A stretch of DNA of 62,781 nucleotides from a virus (Duplodnaviria > Caudoviricetes), in IMG/VR virus record IMGVR_UViG_3300036840_000070, positions 1-62,781 of that record. One strand, given 5' to 3'. A program made the position numbers and the translations under genes. Shown here in pieces: positions 1-9,505 of this stretch. Position 1 is the first letter of the stretch. Each line of letters begins with the position of its first letter. Under the pieces are notes generated by a model. It made no database searches, was not told the origin of the DNA, and saw only the letters and a program-made list of their open reading frames with translations.

Positions 1-348
1 GGGGCTTTCTGGGGGCGGGTGACGAAGGCGCGCATCGCAGCCCAGCTGCCGAAGATCCGGCACTGGCAGCTCATCGAGGGCACGTACGATCAGGCGCCTG
101 ACGTTGAAGCAACGTGGTTCATCGATCCACCGTACGAGGTGGCGGGTAACCACCAGTATGGCCCGCGCTGCCAAGCGAAGGATCTAGACTTCAGCGCGCT
201 GGGCGCGTGGTGCCAACAGCGCCGCGGGCAAGTCATGGTCTGTGAGAACGTGGGCGCGAGCTGGCTGCCGTTCCGCCCGTTCGTGGGGATGACCGGCAGC
301 CACAAAGCGTCCGTTGAAGCCATCTGGACGAACGATGCCGCGGCCTAA
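1..348 (+). CDS. Dam-like (D12-class) DNA adenine methyltransferase, C-terminal half (joins 62425-62781)
   Basis: FIDPPY catalytic motif; frame open from base 1 and continuous with the ORF at the window end. Confidence 0.85.
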   Translation, partial: GAFWGRVTKARIAAQLPKIRHWQLIEGTYDQAPDVEATWFIDPPYEVAGNHQYGPRCQAKDLDFSALGAWCQQRRGQVMVCENVGASWLPFRPFVGMTGSHKASVEAIWTNDAAA

Positions 349-877
349 GACCTTCGAGCGCTGGGAGGGCGCGCTCACGCAGCGCGAAGCCCACATCGAG
401 GAGATCATCACGAAGATGCAAAGCGGCGCGTGGCTCACCGGCGTGAGCGACCGCACGCTGGCCAAAGAGTGGAACCTGGATCCCGCCACGGTGCGGCACT
501 ACGCCGCGGAGGCCAGCCGCGCCATCCGCCGCCGGCTGCGGGATACGCCCGAAGCGAAGGAAGAAGCGCGCGCCCAGGTGCTGCAGCTGTTCGAAGTGAT
601 CCGGGCGAAGGCCATGGCCAACGGCGACAGCTCGAGCCTGCGCGTGGCGCTCGAGGCCACGCGGCTCTACGGGTATTACCTGGGGCTCGAGCCTGCCAAG
701 CGCCTGGACGTGACCGAGCGCGGGGATGACTTCTTTGCCGGATGGACCACCGAGGAGAAGCTGGCCTTCAGCCGCGATGGCGTGCAGCCCACGGGGCGGG
801 CAAAGCGCGCGCTCCGTAGTATCATCACCACGGAGGGCAACGGCGTGGATGACGATCCGACCGAGCCCCGGCACTGA
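335..877 (+). CDS. Putative terminase small subunit (HTH)
   Basis: HTH-like SDRTLAKEWNLDPATVRHY; LGL..KRLDVT C-terminus typical of TerS; follows the MTases. Confidence 0.55.
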   Translation: MPRPKTFERWEGALTQREAHIEEIITKMQSGAWLTGVSDRTLAKEWNLDPATVRHYAAEASRAIRRRLRDTPEAKEEARAQVLQLFEVIRAKAMANGDSSSLRVALEATRLYGYYLGLEPAKRLDVTERGDDFFAGWTTEEKLAFSRDGVQPTGRAKRALRSIITTEGNGVDDDPTEPRH

Positions 878-950
878 TGCACGAACGCACGGCTGCACTG
901 ATGCACGCATGCACGCATGCACGGCTGCACGAACACACGGAGGCACGGAT
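871..950 (+). repeat. GCAC-box array 1: ten 8-bp units
   Basis: gcactgat gcacgaac gcacggct gcactgat gcacgcat gcacgcat gcacggct gcacgaac acacggag gcacggat; ends on ATG 949. Confidence 0.9.
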
Positions 951-1137
951 GTTACGCACGGACTACAGCGATCACCTCGAGGCGCAAGCCCGGCAGTTTG
1001 AGCAGCGGGCGTCCATGATCGAAGCCAGCAATCCGCAGGCGGCTGCCAGCGATCGGCGTGAGGCGGAGCGGCTGCGCCGGCAGGCACGTGCGATGCGCAG
1101 CAGCAAACAGCTGCGCCCGGGTGTGCGGAGCGCCTGA
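949..1137 (+). CDS. Hypothetical protein
   Basis: GGAGG RBS at 939-943; TGATG coupling to the next gene. Confidence 0.6.
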   Translation: MLRTDYSDHLEAQARQFEQRASMIEASNPQAAASDRREAERLRRQARAMRSSKQLRPGVRSA

Positions 1138-1301
1138 TGCCCTGGCCGCGCGTGACCGTGCCGCGCACCAGCGCTCGGCGTGGCAAGCGGATCAAGGTGC
1201 GCTTCGGCTGCCGTCACTGCCGGCGTGACTTCCGCGTGCGCTACCTGGCGATGAAGTATGGCACCACGGGGCGGAAGGTCCGCCGCTGGTATTGCGACTG
1301 A
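1137..1301 (+). CDS. Small basic Cys-containing protein (54 aa, below ORF-track cutoff)
   Basis: MPWPRVTVPR...GCRHC...WYCD; TGATG overlaps at both ends. Confidence 0.55.
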   Translation: MPWPRVTVPRTSARRGKRIKVRFGCRHCRRDFRVRYLAMKYGTTGRKVRRWYCD

Positions 1302-1759
1302 TGCCGCGCCGCTCCGCTTGCGCTGCCTGGCCACCGTGGCCGAAGATGCGTCCCATGGCGGATGACGCGCGCAGCAACCCGGAGGCGCAGAAGCTGAATG
1401 GTGAGCTCACCGAGCTGTGCCAGCAGCTGGTGCAGGCAGCTGAGCGCTACACACGCGAGGGCAGCCGCGAAGCGTTCGATGCGTGGACGGCCGTCAATCA
1501 CCGCTACGTGGAGAAGCACCGCCGGTGGTGGGCGCTCACCATGCCGGACGTGGACTACGATTCGGTCTTCGGGCGGCACCATGCCGGACGTGGACTACGA
1601 TTCGGTCTTCGGGCGGTGAGCAGGGAGGCACGCGATGAGCAAGTCACCGAACGCAAGGGCCGTGTCCACGGACGCGCTGGAAACGCTGGGCAAGATCCAC
1701 GAACGCGAGGAGAAGCGCGACGCGATCCACCTGGCGGTCGAGCCCGTCATCGCGGGTGA
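1301..1759 (+). CDS. Hypothetical protein with C-terminus frameshifted by a 40-bp duplication
   Basis: With one repeat copy it would end MPDVDYDSVFGR-stop; start may be 1355. Confidence 0.5.
   Translation: MPRRSACAAWPPWPKMRPMADDARSNPEAQKLNGELTELCQQLVQAAERYTREGSREAFDAWTAVNHRYVEKHRRWWALTMPDVDYDSVFGRHHAGRGLRFGLRAVSREARDEQVTERKGRVHGRAGNAGQDPRTRGEARRDPPGGRARHRG
1537..1616 (+). repeat. Perfect 40-bp tandem duplication
   Basis: caccatgccggacgtggactacgattcggtcttcgggcgg x2. Confidence 0.95.
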
Positions 1760-1889
1760 GGTGCTGCAGCCCGGGCAGCACATGCGTGACGCCTTCCAGC
1801 CCGATGAATTCTGGCCTCGCTACGAGCGCGTCACCGGCAGAACGGTGGGCCCTGACAAGCAATATTCGTTCTTTAGCTGCAGCTGCTGA
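1635..1889 (+). CDS. Hypothetical phage protein ending FSCSC, possibly internally deleted
   Basis: GGGAGG RBS; RDAIHLAVEPV motif. Confidence 0.6.
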   Translation: MSKSPNARAVSTDALETLGKIHEREEKRDAIHLAVEPVIAGEVLQPGQHMRDAFQPDEFWPRYERVTGRTVGPDKQYSFFSCSC

Positions 1890-2024
1890 GCGCTGAGCCT
1901 GCGCGTCGGTGCCGGCATGCGGCTGGCGGCTTTTATCCATCCCGACGCGCGGGGCTCAGGCTCAGCAGCAGTAGACGCCCCCGCGGGTGAGGGCGCGTTG
2001 CCCCGGCGTGGCTATCTTGCAACG

Positions 2025-2378
2025 ATGACCGACGCACGCACGGACCTGCATGACGCGCAGCTGCGGCTCGCGCACCAGCTGGCGCGTGCTGGCGCCAGCG
2101 CCGCTGACATCGTGGCCGAGCTCACACCCAGCATGGAGGACATCCTGCTCCTACTGGTGAGCGATCCCGCGCTGCCCACCGCCGGCTCGGCGCGGGAGCA
2201 CGCAGCGCAGCTCGAGGTGGCAAACCACCGGCTTGCCCGTGACTACCGCCGCAGCCAGGAGCGCCTGGCGGCTGCCACCAGCGATCAGCTGGCGATGGTG
2301 CTCGACATGGATCGGCTGCGCCTGAAGGTGAGCAGCGCGCCGCCGCCGCGGGGGCTGAGCCATGACGCTGACGGCTGA
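2025..2378 (+). CDS. Hypothetical protein
   Basis: TATCTT 6 nt before ATG; helical composition. Confidence 0.55.
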   Translation: MTDARTDLHDAQLRLAHQLARAGASAADIVAELTPSMEDILLLLVSDPALPTAGSAREHAAQLEVANHRLARDYRRSQERLAAATSDQLAMVLDMDRLRLKVSSAPPPRGLSHDADG

Positions 2379-2892
2379 GCACCAGGCCCTCGCGGGCAGG
2401 ATCGCCAGCAACTGGATGCGCAAGCTGCCGCCGATGGTGAAGGCGGACGCCATCCGACAGGCGGCGCTGCGCGGCGCGTGGGATGCGCTGCGACTGGATC
2501 CGGACGCGTCCACCGCGTACCTGCGCCTGCGGATCAACGGTGAGATCATCCAGGAGCTGCGCGATCACGACTGGCATAACCGCGGCCAGCGCCAGCGCGG
2601 TGAGCACTACGCCTTCGTCTACTACGAGCATCCCGATGACATGGAGGATGCGCTCGAGCACGCGGGCGCCCAGAGCATCCCGTCACCGGAGGATGCGCTC
2701 GAGCGCAAGCGCTGCGTGGAGCGCGCGCTCAGCACGCCGATGACCGCCAAGGACCAGCGCATCCTGCGTGAATACTTCGTCGAGGGCCGCACGATGCGCG
2801 CGATTGGTGAAGGGCTGGGCATCAGCGAAGCGCGCGTGAGCCAGCGCACCACTATCGCGATCGAGCGGATGCGGTGTACAGTCATGGCATGA
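2362..2892 (+). CDS. Sigma-70 family factor (FliA/WhiG-like regions 2 and 4)
   Basis: AYLRLRINGEIIQELRDHDW (region 2); YFVEGRTMRAIGEGLGISEARVSQ (region 4 HTH). Confidence 0.8.
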   Translation: MTLTAEHQALAGRIASNWMRKLPPMVKADAIRQAALRGAWDALRLDPDASTAYLRLRINGEIIQELRDHDWHNRGQRQRGEHYAFVYYEHPDDMEDALEHAGAQSIPSPEDALERKRCVERALSTPMTAKDQRILREYFVEGRTMRAIGEGLGISEARVSQRTTIAIERMRCTVMA

Positions 2893-3395
2893 GCCATGGG
2901 GATCGGGACAACGCCCGCGCGCTCGGGCAAGACCTGCACCTAGCGCGCATCATCGGTCGCGTGCGGGCGCAGTGCTTAGAGCGCCGCTTCGCCACGTACG
3001 TGATGGAGGTCTACGAGCAGGAAGGGCGCGGCAACGGACCCGAAATCGGCGATCCGAACGTCGAGCGCCTCGTCGAAGACCACGTCGGGTTGCCTATTGG
3101 CGAATGCTCGAGGTGCGGTAAACGCGCGCCGCTGCGCGATACGCTCATGAGCCCGAAGGGGCTCGGGCACGACCTGATCTGCGCGTGGGGTTGCGACGGC
3201 GATATTGCTGCCCAGTTCAGCGACGGCGAGGAGCAGCCCCAGCCGCCGCCCGAGGGCACGCGCACGCATGCGTGGATCGGGCCCGGCGGCATCGTGCGCA
3301 ACGGGCAATGGGTGAGCGTGGTTTGCGACGTCCCACCGCCGCCGCCCCAGCCCGAGCGCCCCCGCAATACGCTGCCGTACGGGTCGCTGCGATGA
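2889..3395 (+). CDS. Hypothetical Cys-containing protein
   Basis: ATGA overlap with the sigma gene; CSRC...CAWGC. Confidence 0.55.
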   Translation: MSHGDRDNARALGQDLHLARIIGRVRAQCLERRFATYVMEVYEQEGRGNGPEIGDPNVERLVEDHVGLPIGECSRCGKRAPLRDTLMSPKGLGHDLICAWGCDGDIAAQFSDGEEQPQPPPEGTRTHAWIGPGGIVRNGQWVSVVCDVPPPPPQPERPRNTLPYGSLR

Positions 3396-3453
3396 CCGAG
3401 CGCAGCTACACACCCATCTCGGCAGCGCGGCGCTACGGGTGGGAGGATGACGA

Positions 3454-3726
3454 ATGATCCCCGTGCGCTTCTGTGAGGCGTGCCGCTGCGTGGAATCCGA
3501 GCCCGTGTGCGCGGACTGCGGGGGAGCCGTAGTGCTGCGCTACCTGGCCGATCCCGAACAGAAGACAGTGCTGCAGAGCCTGGCGGACGCGCCGCGCGAC
3601 GAGCTGCGGGCGTACCTGCACCGCAATCCCTTGTCGCTACCACGTCGGGTGCGCGACGCCCTTAGGGCCGAGCTCTATCGGCGTGACGTGGCCGAGGCCC
3701 GCGGTGCAGCCGAGCGCCTGGGCTGA
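3454..3726 (+). CDS. Small zinc-ribbon protein
   Basis: CEAC...CADC; GGAGG RBS. Confidence 0.6.
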   Translation: MIPVRFCEACRCVESEPVCADCGGAVVLRYLADPEQKTVLQSLADAPRDELRAYLHRNPLSLPRRVRDALRAELYRRDVAEARGAAERLG

Positions 3727-4009
3727 CTTCATCGATGCCCGGCTGCGGCTGGTGCATGAGCTGAGCGCCGAAGGCCACAGCCCCGAAGCCATCGCGCTGC
3801 GCATCAGCGTGCCCGACGCGCGTCTGGTGGCGCAGCTACTGGACACGCCCACCGAGCCCGCGATCCCCGGCTGCTCACGGCACCTGGCGTGCATGTGGCG
3901 TGACCGCGCGCAGGCGCTAGAGCGTGAGCTGCTCGGCGTGGACGCCCCCGCGGGCGCGCCCGTGATCACGGACATCCGTGAGCTGCAGCCACGCGAGGAT
4001 GACGAATGA
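3683..4009 (+). CDS. Hypothetical protein
   Basis: Fills the operon; ATGA coupling downstream. Confidence 0.5.
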   Translation: MTWPRPAVQPSAWADFIDARLRLVHELSAEGHSPEAIALRISVPDARLVAQLLDTPTEPAIPGCSRHLACMWRDRAQALERELLGVDAPAGAPVITDIRELQPREDDE

Positions 4010-4347
4010 CCGACGTCTACGTGTGCCCGCAGTGCAATTCCACGTCGCCCCGCCACCGCTGCCCGGTGGTGCCGCGCACGCCACCGATCAACGCGGGCTG
4101 CCCGCACCACGCCGAAGACGCCGTCTGCACCGAGTGCCCGGGGCACACGGCCACCGATGGCTATGGCTTCCCGCACCCGACGGAAGCCAAAGGCCTGCGC
4201 CGGCTGCAGCGGTGCAAACACTGCGGTGAGCTGATCGAGCCCCCGCACTGGGTGAACGACATCCGTGGCGCGTGGTTTGGCTGCGTGCCGTGCTTCAAGC
4301 GCGCGCAGCAGGTAGCCTCCGAGGGCGATGCCACGCCGAAGCCGTGA
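4006..4347 (+). CDS. Cys-rich hypothetical protein
   Basis: Four CxxC pairs; GAGG RBS. Confidence 0.6.
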   Translation: MTDVYVCPQCNSTSPRHRCPVVPRTPPINAGCPHHAEDAVCTECPGHTATDGYGFPHPTEAKGLRRLQRCKHCGELIEPPHWVNDIRGAWFGCVPCFKRAQQVASEGDATPKP

Positions 4348-5839
4348 GCTCACCGAGGAGGAGATTGACCGCCGCGCGCGCGCGCGGCTGAGCGCGCTCG
4401 AGGACCAGGCGGAGCACGACCTGGGCTGTTTCATCGAGCTGCGCACGCCGCAGTACGACGCTCCCGAGCACCTGCGCCCGCTGCTGGACGCGCTGGACCG
4501 CAGCATGCGCGAGCCGGTGTTCGCGCTGGTGGAAGCGGCGCCGCGGCACGGCAAGACGGACACCATCCTGCACGGCTGCGCGCGGCGGCTGCGCTACCGC
4601 CCCGAAGATCATGTGCAGTACTGCACGTATTCGTCACCGCTGGCGTTCCGCAAGTCACGCAAGACCCGTGAGATAGCCGCGCGCGCAGGCGTGTGGATCG
4701 GTGACGAGGAGCGCCGGCGCAACCGCTTCGATGCCGCCAGCGCCGTGAGCTACTGGGAAACCATTCGCGGCGGCAGCTTCACCGCGGGCGGTCTGGCGGG
4801 GCAGTTCGTTGGCAGCGGCTCGAACCTGACGGTCTTCGACGATCCGTTCAAGAATCGCGATCAGGCTGAATCACCGGTGTATCAGGAGAAGGTGATGGAG
4901 ACCTGGAAGGGCTCCCTCGCCAACCGCATCGAGCCGGGTGGCTCAGCGTTCGTGACGCACCAGCCGTGGAACGATCTGGATCCCATCGCGCAGCTGCGCG
5001 CGGAGAAGGCGGGCGGTGATGGGCAGGATTGGGAGGTGATCAGCCTGCCCGCGGTGATCGATGCCGTCTACGACCGCGATGACAACCTGATCGGCGGCAT
5101 GCCGCTATGGCCCGCGCGCTGGACGCTGCGTGAGCTGGCGAAGGTCAAGCGGCGCGTCGGCCCCTACAACTGGTATTCGCAATATACGCTCGACCGCCGG
5201 CCGCGTGGCGACCGGCTCTTCCACGATCCCGCACGCTACGTCACGCCCACCGTGAACGGGGCCGTCGTGGTGATCAGCTGCGATCCCGGCATCGAGAAGG
5301 ACACGAAGCGCGACAGCAGCGGCATCGTGGTGGGCGCGTGCTACCGCAAGCCGAGCCCCTACCACCGCCCCGGCAAGCCGCATTATGAAGTCTGGATTGA
5401 CGTGCTGCTGGCGGTGGAGCAGTGGCGCGACATCCCCGATCTGGTGGACTACCTCGAGACCCTGCAGACGGACCCAGGCCACTACCCGGGGGCGCCCGTC
5501 ATCCTTGAGGAGGTCTCGGCCTTCAAGGCCCTGAGCCAGATCGCCAGCCGCGTCAACAGCCGGGCGCGGTTCTACCCGGTGACGCCGAAGGGAAACAAGT
5601 TCCTGCGCGCCCAGCCGGCGGCGCTGGCCTGGAATCAAGGGCGGATCCGGGTCCCGCTGGACGAGCCCTGGGCGCTGGATTTCATTCGCGAAGCCCAGCG
5701 GTTCACGGGACGTGAGGGCGGGCGGGACAATCGTGTTGACGCGCTGACCCAGCTTTATGACTATTGCGAGCGGCTGCTGGCCGCGTACGCGGAAGCGGTC
5801 TCGGGGGGCGAATCGATGATGGCATCGTCGCCCTTCTAG
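4328..5839 (+). CDS. terL: Terminase large subunit
   Basis: Walker A APRHGKT; Walker B-like VFDDP; nuclease acidic motifs CDPG and DNRVDA. Confidence 0.92.
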   Translation: MPRRSRELTEEEIDRRARARLSALEDQAEHDLGCFIELRTPQYDAPEHLRPLLDALDRSMREPVFALVEAAPRHGKTDTILHGCARRLRYRPEDHVQYCTYSSPLAFRKSRKTREIAARAGVWIGDEERRRNRFDAASAVSYWETIRGGSFTAGGLAGQFVGSGSNLTVFDDPFKNRDQAESPVYQEKVMETWKGSLANRIEPGGSAFVTHQPWNDLDPIAQLRAEKAGGDGQDWEVISLPAVIDAVYDRDDNLIGGMPLWPARWTLRELAKVKRRVGPYNWYSQYTLDRRPRGDRLFHDPARYVTPTVNGAVVVISCDPGIEKDTKRDSSGIVVGACYRKPSPYHRPGKPHYEVWIDVLLAVEQWRDIPDLVDYLETLQTDPGHYPGAPVILEEVSAFKALSQIASRVNSRARFYPVTPKGNKFLRAQPAALAWNQGRIRVPLDEPWALDFIREAQRFTGREGGRDNRVDALTQLYDYCERLLAAYAEAVSGGESMMASSPF

Positions 5840-5856
5840 GAAAGGGATCCACATCG

Positions 5857-6216
5857 ATGAGCTTTGCCCGTAAAACGCGCCGCGGCGCGGGCGCACCGCC
5901 GCGCCCACCCGCAGGTGACACGAAGACCACGCTGGTGGCGGACCTGCAGCAGAAGACGGAGACGCCCGAGCGGAACGTGATCATCGAGCTGGCCACCGCT
6001 GGCCACTATCACGATTTCGACAGCGACCTGCCGGCACCGAAGATGCAGCTCGTGGCCGATCTGATCGAAGCTGGCTATGAGGATCTTGCCGAGAACGTGA
6101 AGCGCGGCGCGTATGACAACGAGGCGCCCACGCTCGCGCAGCGCGAACAGATGCGCGATGAGGTGGGGCCCGAGCTGTACGATGCGCTCTTCCGTGAGCC
6201 CCGGGGGCGGGCATGA
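5857..6216 (+). CDS. Hypothetical protein (GHYHDF motif)
   Basis: AAGGGA RBS; coupled to the next gene. Confidence 0.65.
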   Translation: MSFARKTRRGAGAPPRPPAGDTKTTLVADLQQKTETPERNVIIELATAGHYHDFDSDLPAPKMQLVADLIEAGYEDLAENVKRGAYDNEAPTLAQREQMRDEVGPELYDALFREPRGRA

Positions 6217-6719
6217 GCGACGGGGATGTGGCGTTCGAATACTGCCCGGACTGCGATGGCTACAAGGGCACCGATGAGCTCGGGCACTGCGCCGCGTGCC
6301 ACGGCAACCTGACGGTGCTCTTCGTGCCGTTCGATCGCGTGCGTGAGAAGCTGGCGCGCCGCGGCCTGTTCGGATGGGACGTGGTGGAGCGCAAACAATG
6401 CTCTGCCGCGCCGGATCTGCTCGAGCCGATCTGCGCTGAGGTGAAGCGGATCGAGCGCAAGGGCGCGCTGCAGGATCGCGTGGAGGTCTTCATCGGTCAG
6501 AAGAGCGTGGGCGTGCTGACCGTGCCCTTCGATCTGGGTGACCGCATCGGCCGCGCGCTGTGCACGGGTGACGTGATGCTGGGCACCGCGAAGAAGCTGC
6601 TGGCGGAGGAGCCCGATCCAGACGCGCGCGTCGATGAGCTGGCGAAGCAATACGCGGAGGAGCTGCGCAAGGGCATCGCCCGCGCGCGGTTCGCTGCCGA
6701 GCTGTGGGGCAAGTCATGA
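6213..6719 (+). CDS. Hypothetical protein with N-terminal zinc ribbon
   Basis: CPDC...CAAC; ATGA overlaps. Confidence 0.65.
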   Translation: MSDGDVAFEYCPDCDGYKGTDELGHCAACHGNLTVLFVPFDRVREKLARRGLFGWDVVERKQCSAAPDLLEPICAEVKRIERKGALQDRVEVFIGQKSVGVLTVPFDLGDRIGRALCTGDVMLGTAKKLLAEEPDPDARVDELAKQYAEELRKGIARARFAAELWGKS

Positions 6720-6940
6720 TCACCAGCGTTGAATGCTACCGCCGCGGCGGTCACGATGAGGTGTACGTCTTCGTCGACAGCAAGCTGAGCGGGATCCTTC
6801 GCGTGGACGAAGGCGAAGGCGATCGGCTCGCTGAGACCATCCGGCAAGGCGCAATGCTCGACCCGCTCGCGGGCACGCTGGATCCCGTGGCCGCCCTCGA
6901 TGCGTACGAGCGCACGAAGCGCGCAGGGGAGGGCGACTGA
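6716..6940 (+). CDS. Hypothetical protein
   Basis: Coupled start and stop overlaps. Confidence 0.6.
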   Translation: MITSVECYRRGGHDEVYVFVDSKLSGILRVDEGEGDRLAETIRQGAMLDPLAGTLDPVAALDAYERTKRAGEGD

Positions 6941-7551
6941 TGTCTCAGCCAACCGGCACGCTCAAAATCGAGTGGACGGGCACGGTACTCGAGGGTGAGG
7001 CGCTCATTCAAGGCGTGCCCATATCCCAGTGGCGAGCGCTATTTGCCGCCCACGGTTACGCGCTGAACGCATCGACCACGCCCACCGCCGTCGAGCAGAT
7101 CCGCGCGCGCGTGCTCTCGCGCCTGGGCGACCGCGCCTTCTACGACCTGATGCAGCGCTACCGGCACGCGCCGACGGCAGACCAGCCGCTGGTGACCGCG
7201 GCCTTCGATGCCGTGCAGCAGTACGTGTATGAAAGCGTCGATGGGGAGGGTGGTGGCACCGTGCCCGCGCCCCCCGTTGTCAGCAGCGCCTTCGCCGCGT
7301 TGTACAGCGCTGCAGCGCTGCTGATCTTTCGCGAAGAAGACGAACGCGGCAACACGCCCGATGAGGACTACGAGCTGCTCGAGCGCACGCTCGTGGAGCT
7401 CAAACCGCTGTTTGAGGCGCTGGTGCCTGAGGCGCACGGGCTGGCGGCTGACGTGGAGAAGCTGGGCGCCGTCCTGCGTGAGCCGCCGGACTATGTTTTG
7501 ATGACGGCGCATGAGCTGTGTAAAAACCTGCGCACGCGGGAGGATGGCTGA
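6940..7551 (+). CDS. Hypothetical protein
   Basis: TGATG coupling at both ends. Confidence 0.65.
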   Translation: MSQPTGTLKIEWTGTVLEGEALIQGVPISQWRALFAAHGYALNASTTPTAVEQIRARVLSRLGDRAFYDLMQRYRHAPTADQPLVTAAFDAVQQYVYESVDGEGGGTVPAPPVVSSAFAALYSAAALLIFREEDERGNTPDEDYELLERTLVELKPLFEALVPEAHGLAADVEKLGAVLREPPDYVLMTAHELCKNLRTREDG

Positions 7552-7814
7552 TGCACGGCGAGCGCGACGACGATGAGCCCGTTGCGACGAATTACCAGGT
7601 AATCAAAGTCAAGATGGCGGAGCGCAAGCATCATCGCTATCTCGGTGACGGCGTCTATGCATCCTTCGATGGCCATCACGTCTGGTTGCATGTTGGCTCG
7701 CACGAGAATCCGCCCGTCGTGGCGCTCGAGCCGAAGGTGCTCTTCGCGCTCGTGAAGTATCAGGACGAGATGCTGACCGCGCTAAAGGATGTTGGCTGGA
7801 AGGAGCCCGCCTGA
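7551..7814 (+). CDS. Hypothetical protein (YLGDGVY motif)
   Basis: GGAGG RBS; coupled. Confidence 0.65.
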   Translation: MHGERDDDEPVATNYQVIKVKMAERKHHRYLGDGVYASFDGHHVWLHVGSHENPPVVALEPKVLFALVKYQDEMLTALKDVGWKEPA

Positions 7815-8038
7815 TGCCGCACGGCCCTGGCAAATACGATCCCGAGTGCACCTTTGCCCGTGAGATCTGCGGCGCGAAGGGCCTGGTGCTGCTGGTGCAC
7901 GATGGCCGCAAGGGCCACGGCTTCAGCGTGCAGCTGCCCATCGAGGCCCTCGTCGCGCTGCCCGACACGTTGCGTGAGGTGGCCGATCAGGTGGAGGCGG
8001 ACCTGATCGCGAAGGGCATGCTGGAGAGGAAGCCATGA
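7814..8038 (+). CDS. Hypothetical protein (GPGKYD motif)
   Basis: AAGGAG RBS; coupled. Confidence 0.65.
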   Translation: MPHGPGKYDPECTFAREICGAKGLVLLVHDGRKGHGFSVQLPIEALVALPDTLREVADQVEADLIAKGMLERKP

Positions 8039-8232
8039 GGTGCCGCGATTGGATCAAAGCCCAGACCGCTGCGCTGGCGCGGGCGGGCGGCTGTACGCCG
8101 GCCGAAGCCACCGAAGCCGCTGACTTCATGGACCGCCTGGCAGATCGCGAACTGCGCGGTGAGATCACCAGGGACCAGGCTATGGCTGAGCTCGACGCGT
8201 TCGCGCGGCAGCTCGAACGAAGGACGAACTGA
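8035..8232 (+). CDS. Hypothetical protein
   Basis: Coupled overlaps. Confidence 0.6.
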   Translation: MRCRDWIKAQTAALARAGGCTPAEATEAADFMDRLADRELRGEITRDQAMAELDAFARQLERRTN

Positions 8233-8825
8233 TGGACCTATCAACGAAGGCGGGCGCGCTGCGCTTCGCCGAGCTCAGGCGCGCGGAGATGGTGGGCCGC
8301 TGGGAAACCCTCGGGCGCTGGGAGGTGAACGGCTTCAGCTTCGGCGGGTACGTGTTTGCGACGCATGAAGCGGTGATGCCCACCGAGGTGCCCCGTGATC
8401 TTAGAGAGCTGAAGTGGCCCACGGGGGCGAAGCTGCCGAAGGTCACCGCGCTGCCCCTTCGGTTGCCACGTGCGGCTCTGCTCATGCTGCGACCGGAAGA
8501 TGCAACGGCGTTCTTCGCCTTCTGCGTGCAACGCTACACGGAAGCCACCCGCGCTCTGGGCACGCTGATCATGGCCGAGAGCTGGCTGGTGCAGACGGCC
8601 GAAGGCGAAGATCCTCACGCGCGTGAACGGATGGCAAAGAACCTCGAGGATGAACCTGACCGCCAGGAGATCCTAATGATGTCCCTCGAGCACAGCGCCG
8701 TGGGCCAGCGCGTCTGGCGCGCGCGCATCCACCGCGATCCGGATCGGCTGGATCCGTGGCAGGACGATGGCTCGCCCGTTGAGATGGAGGGCCGCCTCAC
8801 GGGGCTCGCGGCCACGCGGAACTGA
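8232..8825 (+). CDS. Hypothetical protein
   Basis: TGATG coupling; protein-like composition. Confidence 0.65.
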   Translation: MDLSTKAGALRFAELRRAEMVGRWETLGRWEVNGFSFGGYVFATHEAVMPTEVPRDLRELKWPTGAKLPKVTALPLRLPRAALLMLRPEDATAFFAFCVQRYTEATRALGTLIMAESWLVQTAEGEDPHARERMAKNLEDEPDRQEILMMSLEHSAVGQRVWRARIHRDPDRLDPWQDDGSPVEMEGRLTGLAATRN

Positions 8826-8828
8826 CGC

Positions 8829-9281
8829 ATGCCAGCACGATCATCACGACGACGAGCATCAGCGCCCCGGACCACGTTCGTCCTAGACGACGGCCTGCGT
8901 GAGCGGTGCGCAGCGCTGCGCCGCTTCGCCGAGCAGCCCGAGCACTGGTATCGGCCAGGCATCACGCCGGTGCCGGGCACGGATAGGCGCCACGTCGTGC
9001 AGAGCGGTGACGTGCAGGCGTGCTTCTCATGGACGGTCGCGCCCTTCGGATTGCTGCGCCACCTGTCCGTCTCGATCCGCGCGTGGCATGAAGGGCACCG
9101 TACGCTGTACGCGAAGGACGAATATGTCTTCACGCTGGCGCATCTGCTGGGCTTCACCGGCGCTGAGCCTGACGCGCGCGGCATAGTGATGAAGCCCGCG
9201 CCCACGTGGCGGACGGGCATGCAGCCCGAGGAGGGCACGGTCGTGGTGCAGGAGCTGATCGAGCTCGAGGAGCTGAACTGA
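8829..9281 (+). CDS. Hypothetical protein (RHLSVS motif)
   Basis: In operon; coupled downstream. Confidence 0.6.
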   Translation: MPARSSRRRASAPRTTFVLDDGLRERCAALRRFAEQPEHWYRPGITPVPGTDRRHVVQSGDVQACFSWTVAPFGLLRHLSVSIRAWHEGHRTLYAKDEYVFTLAHLLGFTGAEPDARGIVMKPAPTWRTGMQPEEGTVVVQELIELEELN

Positions 9282-9505
9282 TGCCAAACCCGCCAAACAA
9301 GATCCAGCGCTTCATGCACTGCCGGCACTGCGTGCAGCAGAAGCGCAGAGGCCAGATCGAGGTAGGCCTCACCGCCGATGGCCTGCAGGTCTGGTGCAAG
9401 TATCACAACATGCAGGTCGCCAGCTTCACGCCGGATGACCTGCGCACGCTGGTGGCAGCGCCGCCCGCGTGCGATTGCTGTCCGGGCGGGAGGCACCTGA
9501 GCTGA
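9281..9505 (+). CDS. Small Cys/His-rich protein
   Basis: HCRHC, WCKYH, CDCC; GAGGAG RBS. Confidence 0.6.
   Translation: MPNPPNKIQRFMHCRHCVQQKRRGQIEVGLTADGLQVWCKYHNMQVASFTPDDLRTLVAAPPACDCCPGGRHLS

Noticed and set aside
877-948. Longer N-termini at 877, 23335, 32617, 37757 and 46137
   Set aside because: They translate repeat arrays, iterons or the neighbouring gene; better-supported starts lie downstream
1537-1616. Possible CRISPR repeat
   Set aside because: Two adjacent copies with no spacer; no cas genes recognised
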